In this document: positions 1 through 12,703 of the stretch, in pieces | Position numbering within the stretch: the stretch's first letter is position 1 | How the letters are laid out: each line of letters starts with the position of its first letter | Source of the DNA: Octopus vulgaris | Lineage: Eukaryota | Length of the DNA stretch: 64,000 nucleotides | Reading direction: 5' to 3' | Assembly (NCBI GenBank): GCA_951406725.2 | Contig: OX597820.1 | Span: forward strand, 79,794,001 to 79,858,000 | Notes under the pieces: model-generated | Told to the model about the DNA's origin: nothing | What the model saw: the letters and a program-made list of their open reading frames with translations, nothing else | Database searches by the model: none | Made by a program: the position numbers and the translations under genes

Positions 1-217
1 CCTATCTTCTATCATTTGAATTATACACTCACCGCTTACATTTGCAAAGCCACATCCGTTGTTTTTTACAGAGCAATTGTATTTTTATTACTGCATGTGT
101 CTTTTGAAAAAGGAAAACCTACATCTGGATGCGGGTGAAATTTGCTCTGACGCACACAAAATTTGACTTCCCGCTTCAAATAATTTCAAAGAAAGTAATT
201 AGGACGGACAAATAATA

Positions 218-991
218 TTTTCTACTCTAAGCATAAGGTACGAAATTTTTGGGATGGGGGCCAGTCGATTAGATCGACTTCAGTATGCAACAGGTGCTTA
301 ATTTATCGACCCCGAAAGAATGAAATGTAAAGTCGACATCGGCGGAATTTGACTTCAGAATGTAGACAGACGAAATAATCCTTTCTACTATAGACATAAG
401 GCCTAAAATTTTGGAGGAGAGGACCAGTCGATTACATTGACCCCAGTGTTTCACTGGCACTTAATTTATCGACCCCCAAAAAATGAAAGGCAATGTCAAC
501 TTTGGTGGAATTTGAACTCAGAACGTAAAAATGCTAAGCATTTTACCCAGTGTCCTAACTATTCTGCCAGCTCACCGCCTTAAATAAAATCTTTTTTCTA
601 CGCTAGGAACAAGGCCCAAAATGTTTGGAGAGGGGTCCAGCCGATTAGATCGACCCCAGTGCGCAAATGGTACTTCATTTATCGACCCCGAAAGGATATA
701 AGGCAAAGTCCACCTCGGCGGTATTTGAACTCAGAACACGAAGACAGATGAAATACCTATTTCTTTACTGCCTACAAGAGGCTACACACAGAGGGGGCAA
801 ACAAGAACAGACAAACGGATTAAGTCGATTATATCGACCCCAGTGCGTAACTGGTACTTATTTAATCGACCCTGAAAAGATGAAAGGCAGAGTCGACCTC
901 GGCGGAATTTGAACTCAGAACGTAGCGGCAGACGAAATACCGCTAAGCATTCCGCCCAGCGTGCTAACGATTCTGCCAGCTCGCCGCCTTA
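218..991 (-). mobile_element. Cluster of tandem/dimeric tRNA-derived SINE copies (family A, head GGCGGCGAGCTGGCAGAA...GAGTTCAAATTCC)
   Basis: Reverse strand shows an A-box-like TGGCAGAATCGTTAG, a B-box-like GAGTTCAAATTCC and repeated CCTTTCATCCTTTCGGGGTCGATAAA modules. The same sequence recurs many times in the window. Confidence 0.85.
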
Positions 992-1062
992 AAGAGACAG
1001 ACAAATAATGGTAGAAAGCAGTGAGGTGGGTTAGTGGAAGTAAGAAGTACGGGTAATATAAG

Positions 1063-1110
<48 letters not shown>

Positions 1111-1643
1111 CTTACAATGGAAAGCAAAAAGAGGCCAAAAGTTTAAACTCAAAGCTCATAAAGAAGTTCATAATGGGCATGCACAAGACATACATACATA
1201 CATACAGACATACAGACATACACACACACACATACATACCTACACACATACATACCTACACACACACACACATACACACACACATACACACATACACACA
1301 CACACACACATCCATAAACGCATACGCACACACATGCATACACACACACACACATACACACATATTACAAAGCTTGCGTGTGCGTGTATGTGTGTATGTG
1401 TGTGTGAGTGTATGAAGAAAGGAAATGTTTTTATGTTATTGCTTTTGACATGATTTCTCTATATTTGTTTTAAAGTGTGAAGTGCAGAGAAGTCAATGAA
1501 CTGCTTTGAAATTGTCTTGAAAAGGAAACAGGAAAAACAAAGACAAAACAAAGCAAAAATGAAATTTCCAATGGAATAGATGACAGATGATGGATGACGT
1601 GTAATTGACTTCACTTCGCGATTTATATACATGCATATATATT

Positions 1644-1683
<40 letters not shown>

Positions 1684-2331
1684 TCTTCTTAGGCTTGTTG
1701 GTAATTATGTTCATTTAGATCACAAAGATAGCCACTTTGTAGCACTAGATGAGAGATAGTTAACATACAGCTAATTATGAAGGCAATGTTTTGAAATACA
1801 AGTGATAAAATACATATTTTATCAACGATAACTTCTTTCAAGGTGACTTTTCCAGGTAAACAACTCAGATACGTATCGTGATGAAGGCCTTGATTTATCA
1901 AGTTTACTTTAGCTTATAAAGTTTATATTTTTCTCTAAATTTATCTTTAATAAACATTAGGACAGTAATTAACCAAGCAGTAATGCCGAAATATTAGGTG
2001 AATTACGAGAAAAAACACTCCATAATTAGAGAAATTCGTTTAGATTTATACCGATTGAAGATATTCAAAATCCGTGTGTCATTATAATTCTTTTGATTTC
2101 AAGTTAAAAGTTTTACTAAATTCGAGGAGTGTTTCGACTTTACGTAAGAAATAAGTGTTATGGTTACATAAGTGGTTCACTTCGCAACTTCACGGTTTTG
2201 GTTTCAGTTCCTTTGGGCAGCATTTTGGACAAGTGTCTCTTACTATCGTCCCAGGCAGACAAATATCTTCTGAATGTATTTCGTAAACGGAAACTATGTG
2301 GAAGCGTGTTGTATAAAGGCATATATAATAT

Positions 2332-2377
<46 letters not shown>

Positions 2378-2383
<6 letters not shown>

Positions 2384-3628
2384 TGTTCATGCCGATTTAT
2401 AGTAACTTATCTTTCGACTTATTTTAGAACATGGTTGAGTTTATAAAATAGGATTTGACTACACATCTATTTAGAGCACAGTTTAAACTATCTTTTCGTG
2501 GAAGAAGGTTCTTGTTCCTATAACCCGTGTTAATTCTGTAGCCCTTTAAAATGGAAGATAAGAAAGATAATTTTCGGCACTTGAAGCTTTTCTTTTTCCG
2601 TAAAGGGAAAAATGCCTCACAAGCAACCAAAGAAATATGCGCAGTTTACGGTGATGTTTCTTTATCCGAAAGAACTGAACGGAAGTGATTCGCAAGGTTC
2701 CGAGCTGGAGATTGTAGCCGTATTGACAGAGAGCGATCAGGCTGACCATCCACTACAGATGATGACCAAATCAAGTCATTAATTGAGAATAACCCACATT
2801 ACACAACCGGAGAATTGGCAGAAAGCCTCAACCTATCAAAATCCGTCGTTCAACAGCACCTAGTAAAGCTTGGGTACACAAACCGCTACGATGTTTGGTT
2901 ACCACATGAGTTGAGTGAGAAGAACGTTTTGGATCGCATTTCCATCTGTGATTCGCTTTATAAACGGAATGAAAACGCACCTTTTATAAAGCAAAGTGTG
3001 ACAGGTGATGAGAAATGGATTATCTACCGAAATGTTCAGAGAAAGTGATCCTGGAGTAAGCGACATGAGTCACCCTTAGCCACCCCAAAAGCGGGTCTTC
3101 ACCCTTAAAAAGTCTTGCTTTGTGTCTGGTGGGATTGGAAAGGAATTATGTACTATGAGCTTCTACCAAGTAACCAGACAATTAATTCTGAGAAATACTG
3201 CACACAACTGGACGAGTTAAAAGCAGCAATTCAATAGAAACGTCCAGAATTGACCATCAGGAAGGGTGTTGTTTTCCAACATGATAATGCAAGACTGCAA
3301 GTTTCTTTGGGAACCAGACAAAAATTACTACAGCTCGGCTGGATGTGTTACCCCACCTTCCATATTCACCAGATATTGCCCCTTCGGACTTCCACTTATT
3401 CAGGTCTCTGCAGAATAGTCTTAATGTTAAAAATTTCAATTCTTTGGATGACGTAAAAAGATACCTTGATTAATTCTTTGCCATGACACTACCTCAGTTA
3501 AAGGAAAGATGAAGACGCATTGTGCAACAAATTGGTTCATATTTGGTTGATTAAAAATGCAATGGCAAGTATTTATTGACCTTTTTCTTTCCTTTAAAAA
3601 TCGGCACGAACTTTCCGGACAACCCAAT
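2378..3628 (+). mobile_element. Near full-length degraded mariner (DD34D) transposon
   Basis: ATG at 2551 (MEDKKDNFRH...ICAVYGD). Motifs WLPHEL, VTGDEKW, HDNAR and YSPDIAPSDFHLF are read across stops and frameshifts. 3' TIR ATCGGCACGAACTTTCCGGACAACCCAATA; partly deleted 5' TIR GGGTTGTTCATGCCGAT; flanked by TA. Confidence 0.9.
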
Positions 3629-3644
3629 ATATATATATATATAT

Positions 3645-5177
3645 ATTATAGCTGGTCCAGCATGCCCTACACACCGTCTAAGCAATTTTATTGACATTGT
3701 TTTGAAACCACTATGTACTTACATACCAAGTTTCATCAGGGATGACATCGACTTCCTGTCCCATCTTCCCAAAACAACAGAAACAAATTCAGTTTTGCTA
3801 AGTTTTGATGTGGTAAGCCTCTACACCAATATTCCACACGATTTAGGAATAAAGGCGACTAAATACTGGTTAGAAAAACATAGAGAAGTGATTCCCAGCA
3901 GATTCACAGTGCCATTTATATTAGACACAGTCAAACTTATTCTAGAAAATAACACATTCTTCTTCAATGGAAAGAATTACATCCAAATTAGAGGCACGGC
4001 GATGGGAACGAGGTTTGCTCCCGTTTACGCCAACTCTGTAATGGGATACTTAGAAGAACAACTCTACCAAGAGGTGGAGGTAAACTATGGCACTGGATTT
4101 AGAAAGTATATTGAAAAGGCATGGAAGAGATACCTAGACGACTGTTTCATAATCTGGACAGAATCTCTAAATACTCTGGAAGAGTTCAATATCCTCCTGA
4201 ACAACCTACACCCATCTCTCAAATTTACAAAGGAGATGAGTAGTACCAAATTACCATTCCTGGATATAATGGTAATTAAAAAAGACACCACCATCACCAC
4301 AGATATATACTATAAACACACAGACACACATCAATACCTAAATTTTAAGTCGTGCCATCCACCACATACAAAACGTAACATCCCATACTGCCTAGCCAGA
4401 AGAATTTGTACTATTGTAGAAGATGCAAATATCAGGAACAAACGCCTAATAGAACTAAGAGAATTTTTGCTCAAACAAAAATACCCATCTCTACTTATAG
4501 AAAATGGCATACAGCGGGCTATAAAAATACCTATACAACAACTTAGGACAACCCAAGGAAGAGGAAAACAAGAACAAGTCATACCATTCATAGTGACACA
4601 CAACCCATGTCACCAGAATATCTTCAACATTGCCAAAGCAAACCTACCAATCATTGCCCAAAGTAATGAATTAAAAGACATAATCAAGGATCGAGCTATG
4701 GTGCTTAGTAAAAGACAGCCTAAAAACTTGAAAACATTACTAACAAAGGCAAAATTTGACCTCAGCAACAAAGACCAAACATTCACGGTATCTAAATGCA
4801 ATGATAGCCGATGTGGCACATGCCAATTCATACATACCGGTCAATATATAAACACAAAAACCGGGAAAATATTCACAAACGCGAATATGAACTGCAAAAG
4901 CAGAAATTTAATTTACTGCATCAAATGCCCAAATTGTGAAGAAATATATGTAGGTCAGACGGGAAACGCACTATTAGAACGCTCACGTGTACACCGGCAA
5001 CAGATTAGAGACCCAGAGGTCCGTCAGATACCTTTGAGTAACCACCTAGCAACATGTGGTCGGAAAATATATATAATATTTCCATTCTACAAATTACACA
5101 GCCCAAGTGAAATCGAGAGGAAAATCAGAGAAAAGAATTTTATTGATAAATTCGAACCCAAGCTAAATAAGCAATAA
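3645..5177 (+). CDS. Penelope-like element ORF (reverse transcriptase + Cys-rich linker + GIY-YIG endonuclease), 5'-truncated, Neptune-like
   Basis: RT motifs SFDVVSLYTNIP, GTAMGTRFAPVYAN, WKRYLDDCF and LPFLDI; linker CNDSRCGTC; endonuclease NLIYCIKCPNC..IYVGQTG..R..H..E..N. About 510 codons without a stop. The upstream 23 codons of the called ORF are mariner TIR plus (TA)n. Confidence 0.93.
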   Translation: MIAGPACPTHRLSNFIDIVLKPLCTYIPSFIRDDIDFLSHLPKTTETNSVLLSFDVVSLYTNIPHDLGIKATKYWLEKHREVIPSRFTVPFILDTVKLILENNTFFFNGKNYIQIRGTAMGTRFAPVYANSVMGYLEEQLYQEVEVNYGTGFRKYIEKAWKRYLDDCFIIWTESLNTLEEFNILLNNLHPSLKFTKEMSSTKLPFLDIMVIKKDTTITTDIYYKHTDTHQYLNFKSCHPPHTKRNIPYCLARRICTIVEDANIRNKRLIELREFLLKQKYPSLLIENGIQRAIKIPIQQLRTTQGRGKQEQVIPFIVTHNPCHQNIFNIAKANLPIIAQSNELKDIIKDRAMVLSKRQPKNLKTLLTKAKFDLSNKDQTFTVSKCNDSRCGTCQFIHTGQYINTKTGKIFTNANMNCKSRNLIYCIKCPNCEEIYVGQTGNALLERSRVHRQQIRDPEVRQIPLSNHLATCGRKIYIIFPFYKLHSPSEIERKIREKNFIDKFEPKLNKQ

Positions 5178-5494
5178 TAATAATACTTAGAGGTATTACT
5201 TCCACTGCTACGACCATGACCACTAACAACAACAACAATACTAAAGGTGATCAAGACGAAGATAGCAGGAAAATTATCTTATTTAGGGTTAAAAGTTCTA
5301 TTGCCACCACCATCACCACTAGCAACAATAATTAAGGTGCTGACAATGATGATGATGACAATTGAAATATAAAAATATAAAAATCTCTGACAAAGGATAT
5401 TTACAACATTTCTAAAAATAACCCAACAATTGCTGCTTCGGCCAGGGTCAAGATACAGGACTCTTGACCTGTCCAACAAAGCGTGATGCCTAAA

Positions 5495-5608
5495 CCAATC
5501 AGCTCAACCAACCAATCAGCTTAAGTAATTGAGTGATACTACACACTGATTGGTCAGAATACAGTTTGCAAAACCTAGCACTCTGGAGCCTACCCAGCTG
5601 TATTTATA
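5495..5608 (+). promoter_or_regulatory. Putative pol II promoter in the pLTR (CCAAT boxes + TATA-like box)
   Basis: CCAATCAGC at 5495 and 5512, inverted ATTGG at 5549 and TATTTATA at 5601, all ~70 nt or more upstream of the HHR. Confidence 0.45.
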
Positions 5609-5671
5609 GCACAGAATCACTCATCTTGCTACAGTCAAAAATTGTGAAGCATGACTGTCAACACTACTACA

Positions 5672-5716
5672 TGAACCCGAAGATTGCAGAATTCAATGCA
5701 TGAAAGTACTAGTTCA
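5672..5716 (+). ncRNA. Minimal type-I hammerhead ribozyme motif in the PLE pLTR (U4C core variant)
   Basis: TGAAC-CCGAAGA-T TGCA..TGCA T-GAAA-GTAC-TA-GTTCA: helix I TGAAC/GTTCA, palindromic helix III AGTACT, CUA site. Confidence 0.7.
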
Positions 5717-5845
5717 ATCAGAATGAATATTTAACATTCTACTATTTCATTTTATTTTATTCAATTATAATATATTATCTTATAATATATCATTATAAGA
5801 TTGTAAATAAAACGTGAAAATCAGACAAGGTTGGAATTCTTTTTA

Positions 5846-5883
<38 letters not shown>

Positions 5884-5895
5884 GTTGTCCGGAAA

Positions 5896-6467
5896 TTATC
5901 TTGAAATATTAAAGAGTAAATTTACTTAATAAAATCGCCATTGGCTTCACACATCTTTCAAACGACTTCAGAATCTTCAGATTGTCTGACAGCCATGGTT
6001 GGGTTCTCATGCTTGTGTGGCATGGTACAGAGTCCTCTTGCCAGACATAGGGACTTCCAGCAGCCACCCTCTTGACCCAGGGCATCACTACATTCTCTCA
6101 GGCACTTGATGTACGAGTCCGTATTGAGTCTGAGGCCATGTGGGAAGACGAATCTAGGCATAACGTCGCTATGACTAGTGATCACTCCAAACACCTTCGT
6201 AATCACCATTATACTCATCCAACTCTTTCCGCATCCTCTGAACTGTCCTGAGATTGAAACTCAAACACTCTGAAATGTTCGTATTTGAGCTTCTGGCGCT
6301 AATGCCAAGCAGTACAGCATGTCGTTTCCCCAATTCCTAGTAGAGTGAATTACGTAATAGTGCTCAACTGACCCTACTATACTGTGTAGTCAACAAAATC
6401 AAAAACAAAGTGCATGCGCTAAATTAAATATATAATATGGCTACAATGTACCCATCGCACGCTGTAT
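5896..6467 (-). mobile_element. Internally deleted Tc1/mariner-superfamily relic (maT/DD37D-like)
   Basis: Minus-strand peptide VFGVITSHSDVMPRFVFPHGLRLNTDSYIKCL and terminal EANGDFI. 5' TIR TACAGCGTGCGATGGGTACATTGT. A related copy lies at ~11953-12492. Confidence 0.7.
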
Positions 6468-6519
6468 GTGCGTGTGTGTGTGTTTGTGTAAGTGTTTGTC
6501 CACCACCAACGCTTGACAG

Positions 6520-7080
6520 TCGATGATTGATCCTATCGAAGGCTTTTAATAGACCTAAGTTGGTGAGGACAGACCCACTCATTTTAGATTTGGGTCTTGA
6601 TAAGTTTTCTCAGCAGCCCTACCGCTACTGGGTCCAGGGAAACGAACATTCGTCGGTTCTGTTCCCAGCTGCAGTCGATATCTTACAAGAGGTCTCTGAG
6701 CAAGTGATTTGGCCTTCGTGCAATTAAACATCGCCGTACGTATATCCATAGCTGTAATCAGCTTTTCGCATCACTTCTCCTCTGTTGCCAAAAGTCGCAG
6801 CAAGTGACCGAGTAATCCAGTCCGCCATTCGTCTCGAACAGTGGAACAAAGTGCCGCTAAAATGTCACGTGCATCTGCTTGAGATCGAGTAGCATACGCC
6901 TTAGCTCTGACAACACAACCCTCATGCTTCGCGAGAAAGAATTTGTCATGGGTCAGACTCGCCGCAAACTCGTAGGTCGTGATACCTTTCCTTAACACAT
7001 CTTCTAACTTTCTTACTTGGTTTCTCTCAGATCTAGTTTCCTCGGTCACTACACTCTTATGAATTCTGTTCTAATGACTC
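6520..7080 (-). pseudogene. L1/Tx1-like LINE ORF2 relic
   Basis: Minus strand gives KHEGCVVRAK, TAMDIRTAMFNCTKAKS and SVLTNLGLLKAFDRINH (RT motif LD..KAFDRV.H). Confidence 0.65.
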
Positions 7081-7358
7081 TTTTCAAGGTGAACCACAAT
7101 TTGCTGTTGATGATTGATCTCTCACACTAATCCCAGCTGATCCGATCTTTGTAAGCTTTACACACCTGGAAAGACGCTCATCTTTCAGTTAGCAGCTCTT
7201 TGTTTGTGAAGTCTACGTAGGTAAATCGTACTGATCACTGCAGTGGAAACAGGTGTAGGTCATCGTAACCGCAAAATTATGTTCTATGATATTGTAAAAT
7301 AAAGGGAAATACATTTTCAGGATGTACCAGTCTTCATATTCTCTATCATTATAGTTAT

Positions 7359-7411
<53 letters not shown>

Positions 7412-7414
<3 letters not shown>

Positions 7415-7792
7415 GAGGCGAAATGGCCCAGTGGTTAGGGCAGCGGACTCGCGGTCGTAGGATCGCGGTTTCGATTCCCAGACCGGGCGTTGTGAGTGTT
7501 TATTGAGCGAAAACACCTAAAGCTCCATAAGGCTCCGGCAGGGGATGGTGGTGATCCCTGCTGTACTCTTTCACCACAACTTTCTCTCGCTCTTACTTCC
7601 TGTTTCTGTTGTACCTGTATTTCAAAGGGCCGGCCTTGTCACTCTCTGTGTCACGCTGAATATCCCCGAGAACTACGTTAAGGGTAACGTGTCTGTGGAG
7701 TGCTCAGCCACTTACACGTTAATTTCACGAGCAGGCTGTTCCGTTGATCGGATCAACCGGAACCCTCGTCGTCGTAACCGACGGAGTGCTTC
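7412..7792 (+). mobile_element. Full-length tRNA-derived SINE (family B)
   Basis: tRNA-like head TGGCCCAGTGGTTAGG...GGTTTCGATTCCC and tail GTCGTCGTAACCGACGGAGTG. Other copies at ~22291-22542(-), 31303-31665(-) and 39362-39450(-). Confidence 0.85.
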
Positions 7793-7805
7793 CCCCCCCA
7801 AAAAA

Positions 7806-7870
<65 letters not shown>

Positions 7871-8194
7871 TATGTATATATATATATACATACATATATA
7901 TATATATATATGTACACTACACCATACGACTTTACACATCACATCATATATACAGACACACGTCCAGACCTCTCATACGCACTAATTCTCTCTCATACAC
8001 ACACACACACTTCTCATACACACACACACTCTTACGTTGGAGCGAGGTCATTTAACCCTATTATCTCCCCTAATTTCGCTCTTGCGTCTCACGTTTGATC
8101 TTTGACTTCTGGCCGAAATCAGATCGCCATGTTGATTCGCTAGCCTCTGCACGCATTTTTTTCTCTCCTTCTTTCTGTGTTTCTTCTCTGTGTA

Positions 8195-8232
8195 TCTTTC
8201 TTTTGAAGAGCGTAGGCTCGAAACGTTAAAGA
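8195..8232 (+). ncRNA. Degenerate minimal hammerhead in a pLTR-like remnant (~8030-8362)
   Basis: TCTTT-CTTTTGA-A-GAGC GTAG GCTC-GAAA-CG-TT-AAAGA; the core is mutated. Related copies at 15221-15254 and 25925-25961. Confidence 0.5.
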
Positions 8233-8398
8233 CTTGTTTTATTTATATTTCCTGAGCGCCATACTAATACAATTGTTTGTTTGTATTCCACCTGGCTTCG
8301 TCTTTTGTTTATTTCTGTAAACCTGCCTTCGTCTTTTTTCTATTTTCATAAAGCTTCCCGTTATATATACATATATATATACATACATATATATACAC

Positions 8399-8468
<70 letters not shown>

Positions 8469-8470
8469 GG

Positions 8471-8526
<56 letters not shown>

Positions 8527-9446
8527 TAAACATACACACACATATATATATATGTGTATAAGTTCGTCATAGAGGCCACAATGTTCCTGATGGTCAGCAA
8601 TGGTCTTCCCCGGTCACAAGTGGATGGCCATCACACACACACACATATATATGAGTGTGTGTGTGTGCGTGAGTGTGTGTATACATGAGTGCGTGTGTGT
8701 GCCTCTGTCAGACAGACACACATACACTCATATACACACGCACACTCACGTACACACACATTCACATACACACACATAACATCCCCACCAACACAAAAAA
8801 CACACAAACATACACATGCATCCACAGACGCACACATACACACACACGAAGAAACACATACACACACATATACACACACAAACACAAACACATGTATATA
8901 CGCACACACATAGAGATATGCACAGACACACACACACTCACACCATTGTGACCGCTAAGACCAGTCCCAAAAACCACTGAACCATGACAGACTAGCCCAG
9001 AAACAAAAAATATCCTTTTAATTCCACATTGCTCTTCCTTCCCCCACCCCAACAACCCCCCATACTGTCCCTTAAAATAGCAAACAATACTTAGCTACAC
9101 ACAAAATAAAAAATGCTAAGAAAACAGGTTGGTTCCTCTCAAATTCTTTGTAAACTCTTAAATAAATCTCCTGTGTATATATATACTACCAAACAAACGT
9201 GATTTTTATTGAACTCCTAATACTTTTGTTGTGTACTTTCTTAAATACTTTCTTGTAAACTGTTTTTAACATCTTCGTATTATTATCAAAGAATGTATAT
9301 ATGTATTTTAATACTTTTGTGACAACCAGTACTTAACACAACAAAGCTTATACAGATCTTTACATTTTACTTTTGACAATATTTCTCTAAAAAAGTGAAA
9401 CCAGACAAGTGAATAAACATCTTTAAAATTGCATTTTCAAACCTTC

Positions 9447-9485
<39 letters not shown>

Positions 9486-9598
9486 CGTGATCACCGTGAC
9501 CGACCAGGCTATCTGATGTTGTTACACATCGCTGGTCACAATGCGCTTCGCATTGTTTTAGCCTTCAAATGACGCCACCCCACTGGCTAAGCGAGCAA

Positions 9599-9650
<52 letters not shown>

Positions 9651-9659
9651 TATATGCGT

Positions 9660-9942
9660 AAATTAATATAGGATATGAAAAATTAAAGAAATTTTTCTAC
9701 CAGCGGCCTAGCATGTATACATAGTCAATAGACATATTTTTCATATAAAATTAGTGTACATTTAAACGCAAAAAGAGGTGAGCCTTAACAGGTCGCCTTA
9801 CATGCTAGAAGGACCAGTCAAAAGTCCAAACCACAGAAATTGCTCTTAACTGTGGTTTGGAGTTTTGGCTGTTCCTTCTAGCATGTAAGGCGATCTGTTA
9901 AGGCTCACCTCTTTTGTGTTTAAATGTACACTAATTTTATAT
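9660..9942. repeat. Fold-back element (~93-bp arms 9743-9836 / 9850-9942), CCAGCGGCCTAGCA/CATGCTAGA family
   Basis: The arms are reverse complements with a few mismatches, and the element follows a (TA)n tract. Confidence 0.85.
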
Positions 9943-10571
9943 ATAAATGCATATATGGCATCAAGACTCATAGAAAATCATCATGATATGTCGTCCAAAC
10001 GAGGTATTATTCATTGAAATTACACAATGACAAATTTCAAATAGTCAGAAATTACTACATTCAAATCCAAAGTGAAGAATTAAAGCGAAAAGAACAAAAC
10101 ATTGATAGATAACAAAAAGAAAAAAAAAAAATCTCTCAGATCTAATTTGCGTGCAAATTCATTATGAGCATGTGATTCGCACACAGATGTCATCACATGC
10201 TATGAAGCTGGTTAATTTCAATGGTAAGGCGGTCGAAAATATCTGCAGCGAGAGGTTAATTAGCATCCTTATTAAGAAGGAGGAGTATTCGTTCTATAAA
10301 AAAAAAAAAAGAAATTGGCAAGCAGATATGTATAGACCAACAGATATCCAAATGAACTGATACAAGCTACATGTTCCTACACTCGCACATATGTATCAAT
10401 ATATACGTTAGCATTCACATGTAAAGGGAAAGACACATACGCATATACATATTTATATACATACGTGTATATATAAGTATACACAGAACTAGTCCAAGAA
10501 CTTTTTGATACCGCCTCGTATATATATATGTATATATATATATATATATAATACACACACACACATATATA

Positions 10572-11048
10572 CTTTTAAACACATAAGAATTATCGTCATA
10601 GAACTCCTGGAACGCTAGAAGGAATAGCCAAGATCCAAACTACTATTATGGAAAAACTTCGAAGGGAATGAAAAATAAAAACAATTACCATCTATCTCCT
10701 GGACCATGGTTTCTGACTTTTTTAGCAAATAAAATAATTTACTAGGTGAAGTCTTTATCACAAGGTACGCCTAGATTAAGTATATAAGTACGAGGCAACC
10801 CAGCATGTGCCTTTTGCTTATACATTATAATTTGTCAAATCCACTGCGCAAGCGCAGTTTTTTGTCGGCAGCATGTGAAGTAATGATGGCGTTACTTCGA
10901 AAATTTTCCAGAAACAATTATCAATAACTAATAATATCAGGGTAATAAAAATTTTAGAAGTTTATCCCTAATGGTGGATTGGATTTTGGTTATTCCTTCT
11001 AGCGTACCAGGAATCCTATGACGGATACCTTTTATGTGTTTAAATGTA

Positions 11049-11052
<4 letters not shown>
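10572..11052. mobile_element. Fold-back element of the same family, with a degenerate HHR on the minus strand (10698-10765)
   Basis: ~80-bp diverged inverted ends. Minus strand reads CCTT-GTGATAA-AGACTT..AAGTCA-GAAA-CCATGG-TC-CAGG. Confidence 0.6.
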
Positions 11053-11088
<36 letters not shown>

Positions 11089-11117
11089 AAAGATAAATGC
11101 GATACAATAAAATTAAT

Positions 11118-11178
<61 letters not shown>

Positions 11179-11199
11179 GTATATATATATATATACACA

Positions 11200-11309
<110 letters not shown>

Positions 11310-11314
11310 CAAGA

Positions 11315-11598
<284 letters not shown>

Positions 11599-11775
11599 AA
11601 GAAAAATAAGTTGGCTAGCAGCAAGCTGTTTCGCCTCATACCGAAGGAATTAGAAATGGCAGTCAAAGACCGTTTTTTCCATTTCTATAAGTGGAGATTC
11701 CAAAAACGAAGGCCCTTGCGGCTCACATACACAAAACCGGAGTGGCATATACACGAATTCAGTCACTTACCGTTA

Positions 11776-11846
11776 ATAGCGAACACGGTGTTTCTGGATC
11801 ACAAACATATAAAAAAAGGGAGTTTGAATTCCTTCTTCAGCGCTAT
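11776..11846 (-). ncRNA. Type-I hammerhead with extended helix II, in a 270-bp (TA)n-flanked insert
   Basis: ATAGCG-CTGAAGA-AGGAATTCAAAC...GTTTGTGATCCA-GAAA-CAC C GTG-TT-CGCTAT; intact core, GUU site. Confidence 0.7.
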
Positions 11847-11864
11847 ATTCGTTAGCTTTATCAA

Positions 11865-11909
<45 letters not shown>

Positions 11910-11952
11910 CAAAATAGAATGAAAAAACTACAGAAGATTTGTATTATATGGT

Positions 11953-12492
11953 AATGGCGATTTTATTGAATGAATTTACTCTAGTATTTCAAGATATTTT
12001 AATGTAATTTTGGTAAATATATCTGTTAAAATGAGACGTCAGCGTTATTTTTAGCAGCCACCATCTTGACCCAGAGTAGCACTATCTCTTTCAGGCATTT
12101 GATGTAGGCCTTCGTGTTGAGTTGGATCGTGTGTGAAAATGAATGGTGACACGACGTCGCCGTCTCTAGTAATCAGTTCAAACGCCATGATATTGACTGT
12201 ATGTTTGATTTTTATCACTCTCGGTACATGTTTTGGGGACATGGAAAGCCAACGGTTGTTCAGCGTGTTTATAATCTGGTCGTATTGGAGCTTCCAGCGC
12301 GAATCCTAAGCCGTACAGCACGTCGTTTTCAAATTTCTGGCAGAGTGAATTGCATCATTGGACTGTTTTTCTGACAGATGGTGCCCAGCTGACCCTACTG
12401 TATTGTGTAGCCGACAAAATCAAAAAACAAATAATGCGCATGCGCGAAATTAAAAATACAAAATGGCGACAATGTACCCATCGCAGCCTGTA
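11953..12492 (-). mobile_element. Second maT/DD37D-like relic (3' piece 11953-12050 is inverted)
   Basis: Peptide KHTVNIMAFELITRDGDVVSPFIF; same 5' end and TIR as 5896-6467; an extra TIR copy at ~12623-12647. Confidence 0.7.
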
Positions 12493-12644
12493 TATACATA
12501 CATATATATATAAATGTTGCGTGTGCGTGTGTGTTACATTAGAAAGAAAATCCTATCGCACGTTTGACATTGCTTTGATGTTTATTTATCAATACTCAGT
12601 AAAATAAACGTTGTTACCTTCTTATGGGTACCCATCGCACCCTG

Positions 12645-12680
<36 letters not shown>

Positions 12681-12703
12681 TATAATACATACAAATACTT
12701 GTA

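Larger units (their letters stand above)
3645..5849 (+). mobile_element. Penelope-like retroelement insertion in (TA)n, including 3' UTR/pLTR
   Basis: The ORF plus ~670 bp downstream is bounded on both sides by (TA)n. The downstream part contains CCAAT/TATA motifs and an HHR. Confidence 0.85.

Noticed and set aside
7412-7490. tRNA gene
   Set aside because: The tRNA-like head continues into a multi-copy SINE body and does not close a proper acceptor stem.
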